The notes: generated by a model not told the origin, from the letters alone. Numbered from the stretch's first letter, positions 53,336 through 64,000 are shown. The stretch: DNA of 64,000 nucleotides from an uncultured Gammaproteobacteria bacterium (GCA_963744895.1 CAVUUW010000005.1:1292580-1356579); one strand, 5' to 3'. Program-made: numbers and translations.

Positions 53336-53972
53336 TTACCAGCGGTTTTTGTCCCAGTTTTCAGGATTGGCCCAGTAATCAGCGTTGAGCCAATTTGGCA
53401 GTTGCTTATAATCATACAAGTTAAACTGCCATAGTGTGGCTGATACGGATGATAGGTAAGCTGCTCTGATTTGGTCGACTTGATGCTTGTCATTAAGTTT
53501 CAAAGACTTGTTCGTTTAATATGTCAAAACGAGTAAAACCATAAGCCTTTAAATCGATATTACTATCGAGTGCAATGAGAAGATGAGCAGCATAAAGATC
53601 CCGATAGCGCATCATTAGTGGAATATAATGGTGTAGTCGCTCAACTGATAGAGTAGGTAGCCAAAAGCAAGCAAGTTCGTAGCGCGTCAGCGTCTGCTGT
53701 TGAGTCAGCTCTGACACCGTGGCTATCTGTAATTTTTGCGTGTCGGCTGTTGCTGTATGATCGCTTTTATCGGACATAGCGTTTTTTAGCGCTGATGCCA
53801 ATGCTGAATGTGCATTTTTATCCTTCACTGCCCATAGAAGCTCAATGCTATCATTTAGCTGATCATTTATTGCGGTATGACTTTGCCTCGCTAGGGACGG
53901 CATTAGCACGTTAATATATTCTATCAATAGAGGTAACGTAATGTCTGAGCGATTGGTAGTGTGCTTTGTCAT
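53336..53972 (-). pseudogene. DUF6231-like conserved protein split by a frameshift near 53497-53515
   Basis: The track ORF stops at 53493. A second frame carries KLNDKH...ATLWQFNLYDYKQLPNWLNADYWANPENWDKNRW* (stop 53338-53336), which is the family-type C-terminus as I recall it. Confidence 0.75.
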
Positions 53973-54323
53973 ATAAAAGACCGTTTATTAAGTGTGAAGC
54001 ATCAATATGACCATTAAATCATTTTAATCGTCATTATCCAATGAACAGCGTATGCTATTTATCTTATTTTTAGCACTATTTTTAAAATGAGAACGTGCTT
54101 TAGAGGGTCATTAGAAATTCAGTTGTTTTAAAGCACACCCTTGAAATTTGATGTTTTAGGTCAATCTAACCATCAGTCACGTGAGAATAAAGCGTCGCAA
54201 ATTTATACTACTATTTGGTTTGTTAAAGGTATGATGTATGGGTACGATTGTCGAGCACCATATTATCATCCATCTGATTGTCTTCTGACTCGTATATCTT
54301 CATAAATAATAATAGGAATTCAT

Positions 54324-56966
54324 ATGTCTATTGCTGAAACCGATGCACAAATTATCAATCCAGATATGCCCGATGTGCCGCCGCATGCGCCCAGTAAAAT
54401 CAACTTAAAAGACTATAAAAAACCAAGCTTCGATGTAAAAACGGTCGACTTAGACATCAAGTTATTTGCAGAGCACGCGCAGGTAGATAGTAAGTTACAC
54501 ATGGTGCGCCAGACGACAGGCGATTTGGTATTGTTTGGCGAAGACTTAGAGCTACTATCAATTGCGATGAATGGCGAGCAATTGACTGACGAAGACTATC
54601 AGCAAGAAGCAGGTAAGCTCACCATTGCCAATGCACCTGCTGAGACAACGTTAGATATTCAAGTCCGTATTTGTCCGCAGACTAATACCGCGCTTGAAGG
54701 GTTTTATATGGCAGGCAGTGGCACGGATACCATGTTTGTCACGCAATGTGAGCCAGAAGGCTTTCGCAAGATTACCTTTTATCCAGATCGTCCGGATGTG
54801 TTGGCGATATTTACCACTCGACTTGAGGCGGACAAGCGCTATCCAACGCTATTGGCCAATGGTAACTTGGTTGAATCAGGTGACTTGATTGACGAGCCAG
54901 ACCGTCATTATGCTATCTGGCATGATCCGACCAATAAGCCAAGCTACCTATTTGCTTGTGTTGTTGCTGATTTAGACGTATTAACAGATTCTTATACGAC
55001 CAGCGAAGGTCGAGAAGTCATGCTCGAGTTGTATGCCAAATCTACCGATATCGACAAATGTGATGTCGGTATGCAAGCCTTAAAAGATGCCATGAAGTGG
55101 GATGAAGTCAATTACGGCCGCGCCTATGATTTGGATCGATATATGATCGTCGCGGTCAGTCAGTTCAATATGGGTGCCATGGAAAACAAAGGGCTTAATA
55201 TTTTTAATACTGCCTGTGTGTTATCTAGCCCTGAAACGACGACTGATGCGCGTAGCTTTAGTGTCAAAGCCATTATTGCTCACGAGTATTTTCATAATTG
55301 GACGGGTAATCGCATCACTTGCCGTGATTGGTTCCAGTTATGTTTAAAAGAAGGCTTTACGGTTTACCGTGATCAATCATTCTCAGCGGATCAGCAGTCA
55401 AGTGCTGTACAGCGAATTGATGATGTGGCTACCTTGCGTGCGCATCAGTTTAGCGAAGATGCAGGGCCACTTGCGCATCCTGTACGTCCTGAGAGCTTCG
55501 TTGAGATTAATAATTTTTATACGACGACTGTCTATGAGAAGGGTGCAGAAATCGTGCGTATGATTGCCAACACTCTAGGGGCAGACGATTTTCGTAAAGG
55601 AACAGATGAGTACTTCCGTCGTTATGATGGTCAAGCAGTGACGGTTGAGGACTTTTTATCCGCACTGAGTATCACTGATGAGAAGATTGAAACTTTTATC
55701 GATTGGTATCGCCAGCCTGGTACGCCCGTTGTATCTGGTCACCAAGAATACAATAGCGTTGCACAAACGCTCACCATTACCTTGAGTCAGCAAACCCGTC
55801 ACGTCAAAGGTTTCGATGCACCAAAACCTTTACCGATTCCTGTAGCGACTGCGTTATTCGATAAAAACTCAGGCAATATTATTGCTGAACGCATGTTGCT
55901 GCTGGATCAGACAACACAGACTTTTGTGTTTGAAGGCGTGGCTGATGAGCCTGTGGTGTCATTACTACGTGACTTTAGTGCACCTGTTCAGCTTAACTAT
56001 GACTATCAAGATGCAGACTTAGCATTTTTGCTCAAGCATGAGACGAATGGTTTTAACCGCTGGCAAGTGACCCAAATGTTGGTCAATCGCATTTTGTTGC
56101 AAGGTCAAGGCGAAAAGAGCCAACCTGACACATATTTACAAGCGTTGGCACAGACACTACCGGTTTTGGCAGCAGACGATGCAATGTTGGCGGCGCGCTT
56201 ACTTGATATTCCTTCAGCGCAAGAATTGGCCTCTGCTATCCACAAAGATTATGATCCAGAGTTGGTCAAAGCGCAGCGTGACGGCTTGTATAAACAGGTG
56301 GCAGACACACTAAGAGATCAATGGGCAACGCTTTATGAACAGCTGCCGATTCAGTCCTACGAGGATAGTGCAGAGGCACGTGGCACACGTGCTCTGCGTA
56401 ATGTAGTACTAGATATGGCGCTGACTGCCAACGTTGAGAATGCAATGGAGTGGGCACAGCAGCAGTATGACAATGCCAGCTGCATGACTGAACGTTTTGG
56501 CGCATTAAAAGCCATGGTTAACCATCAATCCATAAATGCCAATGAATATTTGGCAGATTTTTATAAGCGCTTTCAAGCAAATGATTTGGTCATCGACCTA
56601 TGGTTCAGCGTACAAGCATCTGCTGAAAATGTGAGTGCTGATGTGATAACAACATTGCTTGAGCATAAAGATTTCGATTGGAACACACCCAATCGCGTAC
56701 GCTCAGTCGTTGGCGCATTTAGTGCTCAGCCAACCGTATTGTGGACACAAGAGGGTCTAAATATTTATACCAATGTGATTAAAAAATTGGACGAAAGCAA
56801 TCCTGTGCTGGCCTCGCGCCTGTTGCAAGCGTTAGCTCGTTGGAATACCTTGGTTGAGCCACGCCGTCAAATGGCCCATGATAGCTTATTGGATTTGCAG
56901 AAAAGCGCCACTTCTAAGCATGTGCTAGAAAGCTTGGATAGTGTGCTAAATGCCGCAAACAGCTAA
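54324..56966 (+). CDS. pepN: Aminopeptidase N
   Basis: TQCEPEGFR, GAMENKGLN, HEYFH..LKEG zinc motif, VYEKGAE and PNRVRS. Confidence 0.96.
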   Translation: MSIAETDAQIINPDMPDVPPHAPSKINLKDYKKPSFDVKTVDLDIKLFAEHAQVDSKLHMVRQTTGDLVLFGEDLELLSIAMNGEQLTDEDYQQEAGKLTIANAPAETTLDIQVRICPQTNTALEGFYMAGSGTDTMFVTQCEPEGFRKITFYPDRPDVLAIFTTRLEADKRYPTLLANGNLVESGDLIDEPDRHYAIWHDPTNKPSYLFACVVADLDVLTDSYTTSEGREVMLELYAKSTDIDKCDVGMQALKDAMKWDEVNYGRAYDLDRYMIVAVSQFNMGAMENKGLNIFNTACVLSSPETTTDARSFSVKAIIAHEYFHNWTGNRITCRDWFQLCLKEGFTVYRDQSFSADQQSSAVQRIDDVATLRAHQFSEDAGPLAHPVRPESFVEINNFYTTTVYEKGAEIVRMIANTLGADDFRKGTDEYFRRYDGQAVTVEDFLSALSITDEKIETFIDWYRQPGTPVVSGHQEYNSVAQTLTITLSQQTRHVKGFDAPKPLPIPVATALFDKNSGNIIAERMLLLDQTTQTFVFEGVADEPVVSLLRDFSAPVQLNYDYQDADLAFLLKHETNGFNRWQVTQMLVNRILLQGQGEKSQPDTYLQALAQTLPVLAADDAMLAARLLDIPSAQELASAIHKDYDPELVKAQRDGLYKQVADTLRDQWATLYEQLPIQSYEDSAEARGTRALRNVVLDMALTANVENAMEWAQQQYDNASCMTERFGALKAMVNHQSINANEYLADFYKRFQANDLVIDLWFSVQASAENVSADVITTLLEHKDFDWNTPNRVRSVVGAFSAQPTVLWTQEGLNIYTNVIKKLDESNPVLASRLLQALARWNTLVEPRRQMAHDSLLDLQKSATSKHVLESLDSVLNAANS

Positions 56967-56991
56967 CTTTAGTTGGTATGAATTAAAGCGT

Positions 56992-57035
56992 AAAAAAAGC
57001 CCGCCCAATATGTGAGTATCAGGCGGGCTTTTTTT
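56992..57035. terminator. Bidirectional terminator
   Basis: AAAAAAAGCCCGCC...GGCGGGCTTTTTTT between convergent pepN and DAHP synthase. Confidence 0.85.
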
Positions 57036-57070
57036 GTATATTGCTGACTACCATTGATAGTCAGTAGCAA

Positions 57071-58153
57071 TTAGCGATTAGGCAGAACGTCTTTTACCAT
57101 ATCACGCAAACTATGCAGAGCCGTTACAGTGCTCTCCCAATCTAGGCAGCCATCCGTGATAGATTTGCCATACTCAAGCTGACTCAAATCAGCAGTCAGT
57201 TTTTGATTGCCTCCTTTTAGATGACTCTCAATCATCATGCCAATAATGGATTTGTTGCCATTTTGGATTTGTTCTGCGACATTATTGATGACCATTGGCT
57301 GCAAATAAGGGTCTTTACCTGAGTTGGCATGACTGGAATCAATCATAATCTTGCCATTGGTTTTACCTTTTGCCAGCTCATTTTCAACCTGTGCAACTGC
57401 AGTTTCATCATAGTTTGGTTTGCCGTTACCACCGCGAAGTACCACATGGGCATAAGGGTTACCTTTAGACTTAATGATACAAACTTTGCCATCTGATGAC
57501 AGACCTAGGAAGCTATGACCAGCTTTTACTGCTTGCATGGCATTAACTGCCACAGTCATGCCACCATCCGTGCCGTTTTTGAAGCCTACAGGGCATGATA
57601 AGCCAGAGCTCATTTCACGATGGGTTTGGCTCTCAGTAGTACGCGCACCAATTGCTGACCAGCTGATCAAATCCTGCATGTACTGCGGAGTGTTCGGGTC
57701 AAGTGCTTCAGTGGCACATGGCAAGCCTTTCTCATTTAAATCAAGCAGCAGCTTACGTGCAGTACGCAGACCTTTTTCGATATCGAAACTGTCATTCATA
57801 TCAGGGTCATTAATCATGCCTTTCCAGCCAACCGTCGTACGAGGTTTTTCAAAATAAACACGCATGACTACAAATACGCTGTCTTCGATCTCTTTTGCCA
57901 ATACGGCCAAGCGATCTGCATATTCGTGAGCGGCTTTGATATCATGAATAGAGCAAGGGCCAATAACCACAAATAGGCGCTTATCTTTGCCATCCAAGAT
58001 GTTTTGAATGGTGTTGCGCCCTTTTAGAACCGTGTCATACGCTTTGTCTGATAAAGGCAGTTCGGTTTTTAGCTCAGCGGGAGTAATCAAAGGAATAAAT
58101 TTTTCAATATTCACGTCGTCAATATCTGCATTATGGGTAACTGATGTTGTCAT
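57071..58153 (-). CDS. 3-deoxy-7-phosphoheptulonate (DAHP) synthase, class I alpha
   Basis: IGPCSIHD, RVYFEKPRTTVGWKG, AIGARTTESQTHRE, DSSHANS and SITDGC. The AroF/G/H subtype cannot be assigned. Confidence 0.95.
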   Translation of the reverse strand: MTTSVTHNADIDDVNIEKFIPLITPAELKTELPLSDKAYDTVLKGRNTIQNILDGKDKRLFVVIGPCSIHDIKAAHEYADRLAVLAKEIEDSVFVVMRVYFEKPRTTVGWKGMINDPDMNDSFDIEKGLRTARKLLLDLNEKGLPCATEALDPNTPQYMQDLISWSAIGARTTESQTHREMSSGLSCPVGFKNGTDGGMTVAVNAMQAVKAGHSFLGLSSDGKVCIIKSKGNPYAHVVLRGGNGKPNYDETAVAQVENELAKGKTNGKIMIDSSHANSGKDPYLQPMVINNVAEQIQNGNKSIIGMMIESHLKGGNQKLTADLSQLEYGKSITDGCLDWESTVTALHSLRDMVKDVLPNR

Positions 58154-58570
58154 GGTTATATATCATCTAGCTGATTTATAGGAATATTCATTATGCGGAC
58201 AAAACGCTTAGTTGACAAGGGCAGTCGCACAGTTAATTGACTGATAACTGGAATGAGGAAACTAAAACTTAGTTATACCTAAAGTGTTTTGCTCACTAAG
58301 ATAATAAATCGATGTCAGTCATTGTGCCAAAATTTTTGTATATTATACGGATAACTGATCATCCATTTATAAGCCTTTTATCAAAAATCTGCGTGCCAGT
58401 TTCGCTATTTTTCCTATCGTCACGTATGATGACGACATATATGCCTTACTTTGAGCATAGTACGTGATGATAAGAGTCATTTGGTTTAGCCTCTTATTAC
58501 TGATTGCGTGTTTTATATTTTATAATGTCCATTTTTGTATCAATTGTATTTTTAATATTGAGAGCTTGTC

Positions 58571-59887
58571 ATGACAGATTCTGCTACGCCTACTAGAGAA
58601 ACCGACTTAATGGTACAGACAGCGACAAAGCATTTACCTGAGATGCAAGATCAGTCAAAGACTGTGCCCCTCGTTGTTGGTATCGTCGCAGGAGAGGTGT
58701 CAGGTGATAGTTTGGGTGCAGATTTTATGCAACAACTGAACAATCTGCGTGATGATATCGTTTGGGTGGGCGTTGGTGGTACTAAGATGCAAGCGCAAGG
58801 ATTACAAAGTATTTTTCCGTTAGAGCGTTTGGCGGTGATGGGACTGGTAGAAGTTATGTCTCAATTGCCCGATTTGCTCAAAGCCCGCCGTGAGTTATTG
58901 ACCGCATTTAAAGCGGCTGATATTGATTGGTTCATTGGTATTGATGCACCCGATTTTAATCTGCGAGTCTCTAAAAAGCTAAAGCCTCAAGGCATATTTT
59001 GTGTGCAGTATGTGAGCCCCTCTATTTGGGCGTGGCGCGAGTCGCGTATTTACAATATCAAAGCGGCGACCGATTTAGTATTGTGCTTATTCCCTTTTGA
59101 GTTACCAGTTTATGAGCGTCACAACCACCCAGCAATCTGTGTCGGTCATCCGCTACTTCGTACGTTAGACCAAACGTTGATAGAGACGCCGATTAATCAG
59201 CGGCGTAGCGAGCTGGTCTGGCACAATGATGGTTTGCAGCAGTTTTTTATTGAGCGCTTTGACGACGTCAGTCAGCTTATTTGTGTGATGCCTGGGTCGA
59301 GACGCGGCGAAATTACCGCCATTTTGCCATTGATGTTAGATGGTATTCAAAAGCTTATACTGCTGGACCCAAAACTGTGCTTTATCATTCCTACCGTCGA
59401 TCAAAACCACCAATATATTGTTCAGGAAGTCATTGACCAGCGCTCAGAACAGCTGCGGTCTGCTATCGTTGTGGTTTATGATGACAGCCAACCAGCCTTT
59501 AGTCAGCAGGCGATGGCAGCATCAGATGTCGTCATGCTGGCGTCTGGTACGGCAACATTAGAGGCAATGCTCCTTGAGCGCCCAATGGTGGTGATTTATC
59601 AATTGAATCAGATGACGTATCAAATCGCCAAACGGTTGGTAAAAGTGCCCTACGTGGCATTGCCCAATATTTTGGCAGGTACAGCCATTGTGCCTGAACT
59701 TATTCAAGAGCAAGCAAGTGGTGACAATATCTGCCGTACCGTCATGCGTCTGCTACAGCCTCGCGCTTATGCGGAGCAATTAAGCGATTTGTTAGCCACT
59801 AAGCAGGCGTTAGAGCAACAGAGCAATCACGAGCCTGCCAATAGCGTGATTGAACAGTGGTTTATGCAAAGTCACCATAAATCCTAA
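58571..59887 (+). CDS. lpxB: Lipid-A-disaccharide synthase
   Basis: AGEVSGD, GIDAPDFN, YVSPSIWAWR, PGSRRGE and SGTATLE motifs. Confidence 0.95.
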   Translation: MTDSATPTRETDLMVQTATKHLPEMQDQSKTVPLVVGIVAGEVSGDSLGADFMQQLNNLRDDIVWVGVGGTKMQAQGLQSIFPLERLAVMGLVEVMSQLPDLLKARRELLTAFKAADIDWFIGIDAPDFNLRVSKKLKPQGIFCVQYVSPSIWAWRESRIYNIKAATDLVLCLFPFELPVYERHNHPAICVGHPLLRTLDQTLIETPINQRRSELVWHNDGLQQFFIERFDDVSQLICVMPGSRRGEITAILPLMLDGIQKLILLDPKLCFIIPTVDQNHQYIVQEVIDQRSEQLRSAIVVVYDDSQPAFSQQAMAASDVVMLASGTATLEAMLLERPMVVIYQLNQMTYQIAKRLVKVPYVALPNILAGTAIVPELIQEQASGDNICRTVMRLLQPRAYAEQLSDLLATKQALEQQSNHEPANSVIEQWFMQSHHKS

Positions 59888-59961
59888 GTCACCATAAACC
59901 ATAAACGTGCATGGCAACTAATCTGTATTTACCTTATTAATAATAAAGACACCGTAAGACT

Positions 59962-60855
59962 ATGAGTATTCAAAACTTTGTAGAGAATTCTGCCACCCTG
60001 ATTGACGTAATGATTGAGCAAGTTGAGATTAAAGGTCAGTATATTCAATTAGCTGAGCCAGCTCATTTAACGGGTCAATTGAATGTCTCTGAGTTACTGG
60101 CTCAGTATTCAGCAAAAGAAGGCTTGCAACCATCGATACTACAGATTGGTATTGATGAAGCAGGGCGCGGCCCATTATTAGGTAGCGTCAATGTTGCCGC
60201 CGCTATATTGCCTTCGACTTGGTCAGGATTGATTGAGGAACAACCACTCAAAGACACACCATTGTCGATACTGACAGACTCCAAAAAACTGAGTGAAAAA
60301 AAACGCGATCTTCTTTATCCATTGGTTCAACAGCACGCGATTGGCTACGTAGTTGCTGATATACCGGCAGGGGTCATCGACCAAATTAATATATTACAAG
60401 CGACGATGCTTGGTATGCGCTTATGTACGGAAGCATTGTTAGAGGCAGTGGTTAAACATTTTTTGGCTCAAATAAATGAAACCACTATTATTGCCCCTCA
60501 TGTGACACCTAATCTACAAGTTCAAGCATTATTCGATGGCAACCGCTGTCCTGAGCTGGACTACCTAAGACTCAATCGAGTGGGTATAGAAAAGTCGGCT
60601 ATTGATTGCCAAGCTTGGGTAAAAGGAGATGCACGTCATACGAGCATTGCAGCGGCGAGTATATTGGCAAAAGTCAGTCGTGATAAAACGATGTACGCAC
60701 TTGATAATCAGTATCCAGAATATGGTATCGCCAAACATAAAGGCTATCCAACACGTGCTCATATGGAGGCTATTGACATACATGGCGTATTACCCATGCA
60801 CAGGCACAGTTTTGCCCCTATAAGAAAGGCACTTGAGAACACGCTGAAACCATGA
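59962..60855 (+). CDS. rnhB: Ribonuclease HII
   Basis: [29 protein letters not shown] and KHKGYPT..H; directly after lpxB. Confidence 0.94.
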   Translation: MSIQNFVENSATLIDVMIEQVEIKGQYIQLAEPAHLTGQLNVSELLAQYSAKEGLQPSILQIGIDEAGRGPLLGSVNVAAAILPSTWSGLIEEQPLKDTPLSILTDSKKLSEKKRDLLYPLVQQHAIGYVVADIPAGVIDQINILQATMLGMRLCTEALLEAVVKHFLAQINETTIIAPHVTPNLQVQALFDGNRCPELDYLRLNRVGIEKSAIDCQAWVKGDARHTSIAAASILAKVSRDKTMYALDNQYPEYGIAKHKGYPTRAHMEAIDIHGVLPMHRHSFAPIRKALENTLKP

Positions 60856-61083
60856 TCTCAAAACCTTTATGAGGATTTTTTATAAATAGCCTAAGTATGA
60901 CTATTAAAAATAATTAAACATCATGTTCAGTAAGTGAATGTTTTTTATAGGAAATTAGTAAAATGTTATAAAGTATATTATAATTAATACAGGAATATTA
61001 CATCATTGACTATTTTCTACATAGTAGACGTGACGCTATATTACCGTTCATATATGTGCGACTACTTTATAGGATAAAGCGTA

Positions 61084-62277
61084 ATGTCTAATCTATCGCA
61101 AAAAAAATTGGCTGGCATGTTTTTATTAACAGCCTTGTTAAGTGCATGCGGCGGCGGCGGAGGTGGTTCTGATACCTCTTCACCAGAGTCAACACCGCCT
61201 ATTATTCCACCAAGTAATACGCCTGAAGAACCGAGCAATGAAATCCCTGATGATCAGGGCGATAATGTCGTAGGCGCTAATGATACTCAGGCTGCATTAA
61301 TTGCTAGCAATGCCTTTAGTCTGGCAAGAACCAGCTGCGGACTTAGTGGTCTATCTGTGGATACGGCATTAGACGATATTGCCATTCAGCATGCCAACTA
61401 TATGAAATATGCTTTTGCCAATAGCTCACCGACTGTGTTTAATGCTCATTACGAAAATAAGATTGAAGACATCGCGGATGTTACCAGTACCAATAATCCC
61501 TTTTTTGGTGGGCTAGATTTTTCAGATCGCTTGTTGAATGCCGACTATAGTAATGCGCGTTTTGGCGCGACTGAGAATATTGCACAGTCTACTTATTTTA
61601 GCTCAGCAGGCAATTTGTTTAGCTCAGAGGTGATGGCAAAATCAATGGCCAAATCCTTGCTGTCTGCACCTTATCATTTGCGCTCTTTAATGCTACCCAG
61701 CTCAAGCGTGACGGGTACAGGTATGGTGACCTACACACCTCATAATAAAGATGCTGCCAATAACAAAGGTTACGTATTGGTCAATCATGCTGCAGGTACA
61801 CAAGCAAGTAGCAATAGGACAGTAGAAGGGGTATTTACTTATCCGTGTGAGGGTGTGACTGATACCGTCACTGCGTTGTATAACGAGACCCCAGACCCAG
61901 TTAAACATACTGGACGTGATTTGCGTGTGGATCCTATCGGTCAACCCATCTATGTCAACGTACCATCTGCGCAAACCATTAATATAAGCAATGTGAAATT
62001 TCATGATATTGATCGTAATATCGATGTCCCAGTCGAATTGCTAGATTATCGTCAAGATCCTTATCAAAATACAGCCAATGCGCTACCAGCAAATGAAGCG
62101 TTTATTTTGCCCATTACTGATAATTTGAAAAGCTGTAACATGACCAGTAGAAGTGGCACAAACTGCGGTTTGTACGGCAATAGCAATTATCGAGTGAGCT
62201 TTGATATTTTGATAGATAACAATACGACAGAGCGTAAGAGTTTTAGCTTTAAGACAGGTGCCGTGAATTATTCATAA
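61084..62277 (+). CDS. Lipoprotein with CAP/SCP-like domain
   Basis: Lipobox LLSAC followed by a Gly run and Pro/Ser linker; LDDIAIQHANYM, ENIA and SAPYHLRSLM resemble CAP motifs. Confidence 0.7.
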   Translation: MSNLSQKKLAGMFLLTALLSACGGGGGGSDTSSPESTPPIIPPSNTPEEPSNEIPDDQGDNVVGANDTQAALIASNAFSLARTSCGLSGLSVDTALDDIAIQHANYMKYAFANSSPTVFNAHYENKIEDIADVTSTNNPFFGGLDFSDRLLNADYSNARFGATENIAQSTYFSSAGNLFSSEVMAKSMAKSLLSAPYHLRSLMLPSSSVTGTGMVTYTPHNKDAANNKGYVLVNHAAGTQASSNRTVEGVFTYPCEGVTDTVTALYNETPDPVKHTGRDLRVDPIGQPIYVNVPSAQTINISNVKFHDIDRNIDVPVELLDYRQDPYQNTANALPANEAFILPITDNLKSCNMTSRSGTNCGLYGNSNYRVSFDILIDNNTTERKSFSFKTGAVNYS

Positions 62278-62330
62278 ACGGCACCTTTGAAAGGGGCGTA
62301 TATTTGAAAGGGCAGATGTTTAAGAAGATA

Positions 62331-62996
62331 TTAGAACGATGAGTTAGGCTGCTGTAAGAAGATCTCTTCTTTTTCTGTCGACTCTCGATCTAAAGTATCA
62401 TTACGATGAGGATAACGCCCAAACTGTTCGATAATCTCTTTATGGCGATGCTCGAAATCTAAGGTTTCAGTATCGTTCAGTTGTTTGAATAATGGCAGAT
62501 AACGCTCATGAATCATCAACGATTCTGAATGCATAAATGGCATAATCATAAATTTGCGCCACGCCATCGGTAGCGTATCAAAATACGACTGCTGTATCGC
62601 TTCTTGTGCTAAGACAAGAGCCATATTATCTTGAGAAAATGCACATGCTCGTCCGCGACATAAATTGCGCGAAAATTGATCCAATACAATAATTTCTGCC
62701 AAACGTCCTGCTAAAGACGTGATTGAGCTATTGCTGTCTTTTGATGCTTCGGAAAGCCGCCAAGCCACACATTCTCCCTTTTTTGCCGCCTGCCAAATCT
62801 TGCCAAATTTGTCTTCTATTTGCTGATCAAATTCATCGTTTTTTACAAACCAATATTGCTCATTGTCTTGGTTGAACCAAAAATCCAAGACCGCACGGGC
62901 GTTAGGATCAAGATGCTCTAGGTTAATATTTTTGGGACCGAGTTGTGATAAATTGGCTTGGCTGCGAGCAGTGGAATAATCAGTTGATAATGACAT
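62331..62996 (-). CDS. DUF924 family protein
   Basis: VLDFWF, WFVKNDEFD, IIVLDQFSRN, PFMHSE and FGRYPHRN motifs. Confidence 0.9.
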   Translation of the reverse strand: MSLSTDYSTARSQANLSQLGPKNINLEHLDPNARAVLDFWFNQDNEQYWFVKNDEFDQQIEDKFGKIWQAAKKGECVAWRLSEASKDSNSSITSLAGRLAEIIVLDQFSRNLCRGRACAFSQDNMALVLAQEAIQQSYFDTLPMAWRKFMIMPFMHSESLMIHERYLPLFKQLNDTETLDFEHRHKEIIEQFGRYPHRNDTLDRESTEKEEIFLQQPNSSF

Positions 62997-63085
62997 AAGA
63001 TATTCTAATTATGATAAATTTAGTCTACTATAGCGCAAATATTTATATCTGTCATGACGCTCGTAACGCTATTAGGTAACCTATT

Positions 63086-64000
63086 ATGAAGTCAAAAAAT
63101 ACTGTGAAAACCACTAACACATCACTACCACCAACGCCTTATTATCTACTTGATGAAACCGCTATCGTGGCCAATATGCAGATTATTGCTCGGCTGTGCG
63201 AACTATCAGGTGCCAAAGCGTTACTGGCTCTAAAATGCTTTGCGACTTGGGGTGTGTTCGATGTGATGCAGTCTTACTTGCATGGTACAACCTCGTCGTC
63301 GCTCAATGAAGTGCGTTTGGGCTATGAAACCTTTGGCAATAATGTTTTAGACAACAGCAATGCGAGCGTTGACAAAGAAAACAGTCGTGCGGATAAAAAA
63401 GAAACGCATGCCTATAGTGTGGCTTATAGCGCTGATGAAATTCCTGAAGTGCTTAATTATGCGGATAAAATTATTTTTAATTCTATCTCACAGCTTAATG
63501 CTTTTAAAGATCAAGCAGCGGCGAAAAGTATTCCGGTAGGGTTGAGGCTGAACCCTAAAACCAGTAACTCATCCTTTATTATTGCTGATCCTGCTCGTCC
63601 TTTTAGTCGTCTGGGTGAGCATGATAAAGAAAAAATTACTGAGGTGCTTGCAGATATTACAGGCGTTATGATTCATAATAACTGCGAGAATGACAGCTTT
63701 GAGGCCTTTAGTGAAAGTTTGGCTGATATTGAGACGCGATTTGGCGACGTATTGCAACAACTGGAATGGGTCAGCTTAGGCGGAGGTATCCATTTTATCG
63801 CGCCTGATTATCCACTCGAAAAACTTGCCGATAGATTGAAAGGCTTCAGTGAAACCTATGGCGTACAAGTTTATCTTGAACCAGGTGAAGCAAGTATTCA
63901 TGGCGCGGGTTCATTAGTCACTACCGTACTAGATACCATGCACAATGAAAAAAACCTTGCCGTTGTTGATGCCTCTATCGAAGCGCATATGCTGGATTTA
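63086..64000 (+). CDS. nspC: Carboxynorspermidine decarboxylase, truncated by the window end (not in the ORF track)
   Basis: From ATG 63086: MKSKN..PTPYYLLDE..LLALKCFATW..GTTSSSL.E..HAYSVAY..GLRLNP..SRLG..FHN/IHNNCE..SLGGGIHF..YLEPGEA..VVDASIEAHMLDL; frame open to the end. Confidence 0.92.
   Translation, partial: MKSKNTVKTTNTSLPPTPYYLLDETAIVANMQIIARLCELSGAKALLALKCFATWGVFDVMQSYLHGTTSSSLNEVRLGYETFGNNVLDNSNASVDKENSRADKKETHAYSVAYSADEIPEVLNYADKIIFNSISQLNAFKDQAAAKSIPVGLRLNPKTSNSSFIIADPARPFSRLGEHDKEKITEVLADITGVMIHNNCENDSFEAFSESLADIETRFGDVLQQLEWVSLGGGIHFIAPDYPLEKLADRLKGFSETYGVQVYLEPGEASIHGAGSLVTTVLDTMHNEKNLAVVDASIEAHMLDL

Noticed and set aside
53495-53506. RF2-like programmed +1 frameshift at CTTTGA
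   Set aside because: CTT-TGA is not in the translated frame (read GTC TTT GAA), and I saw no internal Shine-Dalgarno.

Overview
This is a gene-dense bacterial chromosome segment, very probably Psychrobacter (Moraxellaceae). That assignment rests on my recall of protein families and gene order (CarO-like porin, guaB-glmM-pdxH, orphan pal); I ran no database search. Most of the window is core or metabolic genes: two malic enzymes, cca, selO, a delta-9 desaturase, cysS, guaB, glmM, pdxH, pepN, DAHP synthase, lpxB, rnhB and a partial nspC. It also has one tRNA(CAT), a PepSY plus two-component module, an EmrAB-like efflux pair, and a short/branched-chain acyl-CoA and valine catabolic cluster with an IclR regulator. 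I saw no transposase, integrase, prophage or CRISPR array. Features the ORF track does not show: (1) two matching NemR-type operators (TAGACC-N4-GTCTA) that tie a NemR-like TetR to an aldehyde/electrophile detoxification cluster with no nemA; (2) a decayed second PepSY gene at about 4360-4458; (3) a frameshifted DUF6231-like gene; (4) a FabR/DesT-like operator upstream of the desaturase; (5) a 3x17-bp tandem repeat in the aldehyde dehydrogenase promoter; (6) a tandem pair of about 65% identical metallo-hydrolase-like paralogs that differ in a putative metal ligand.
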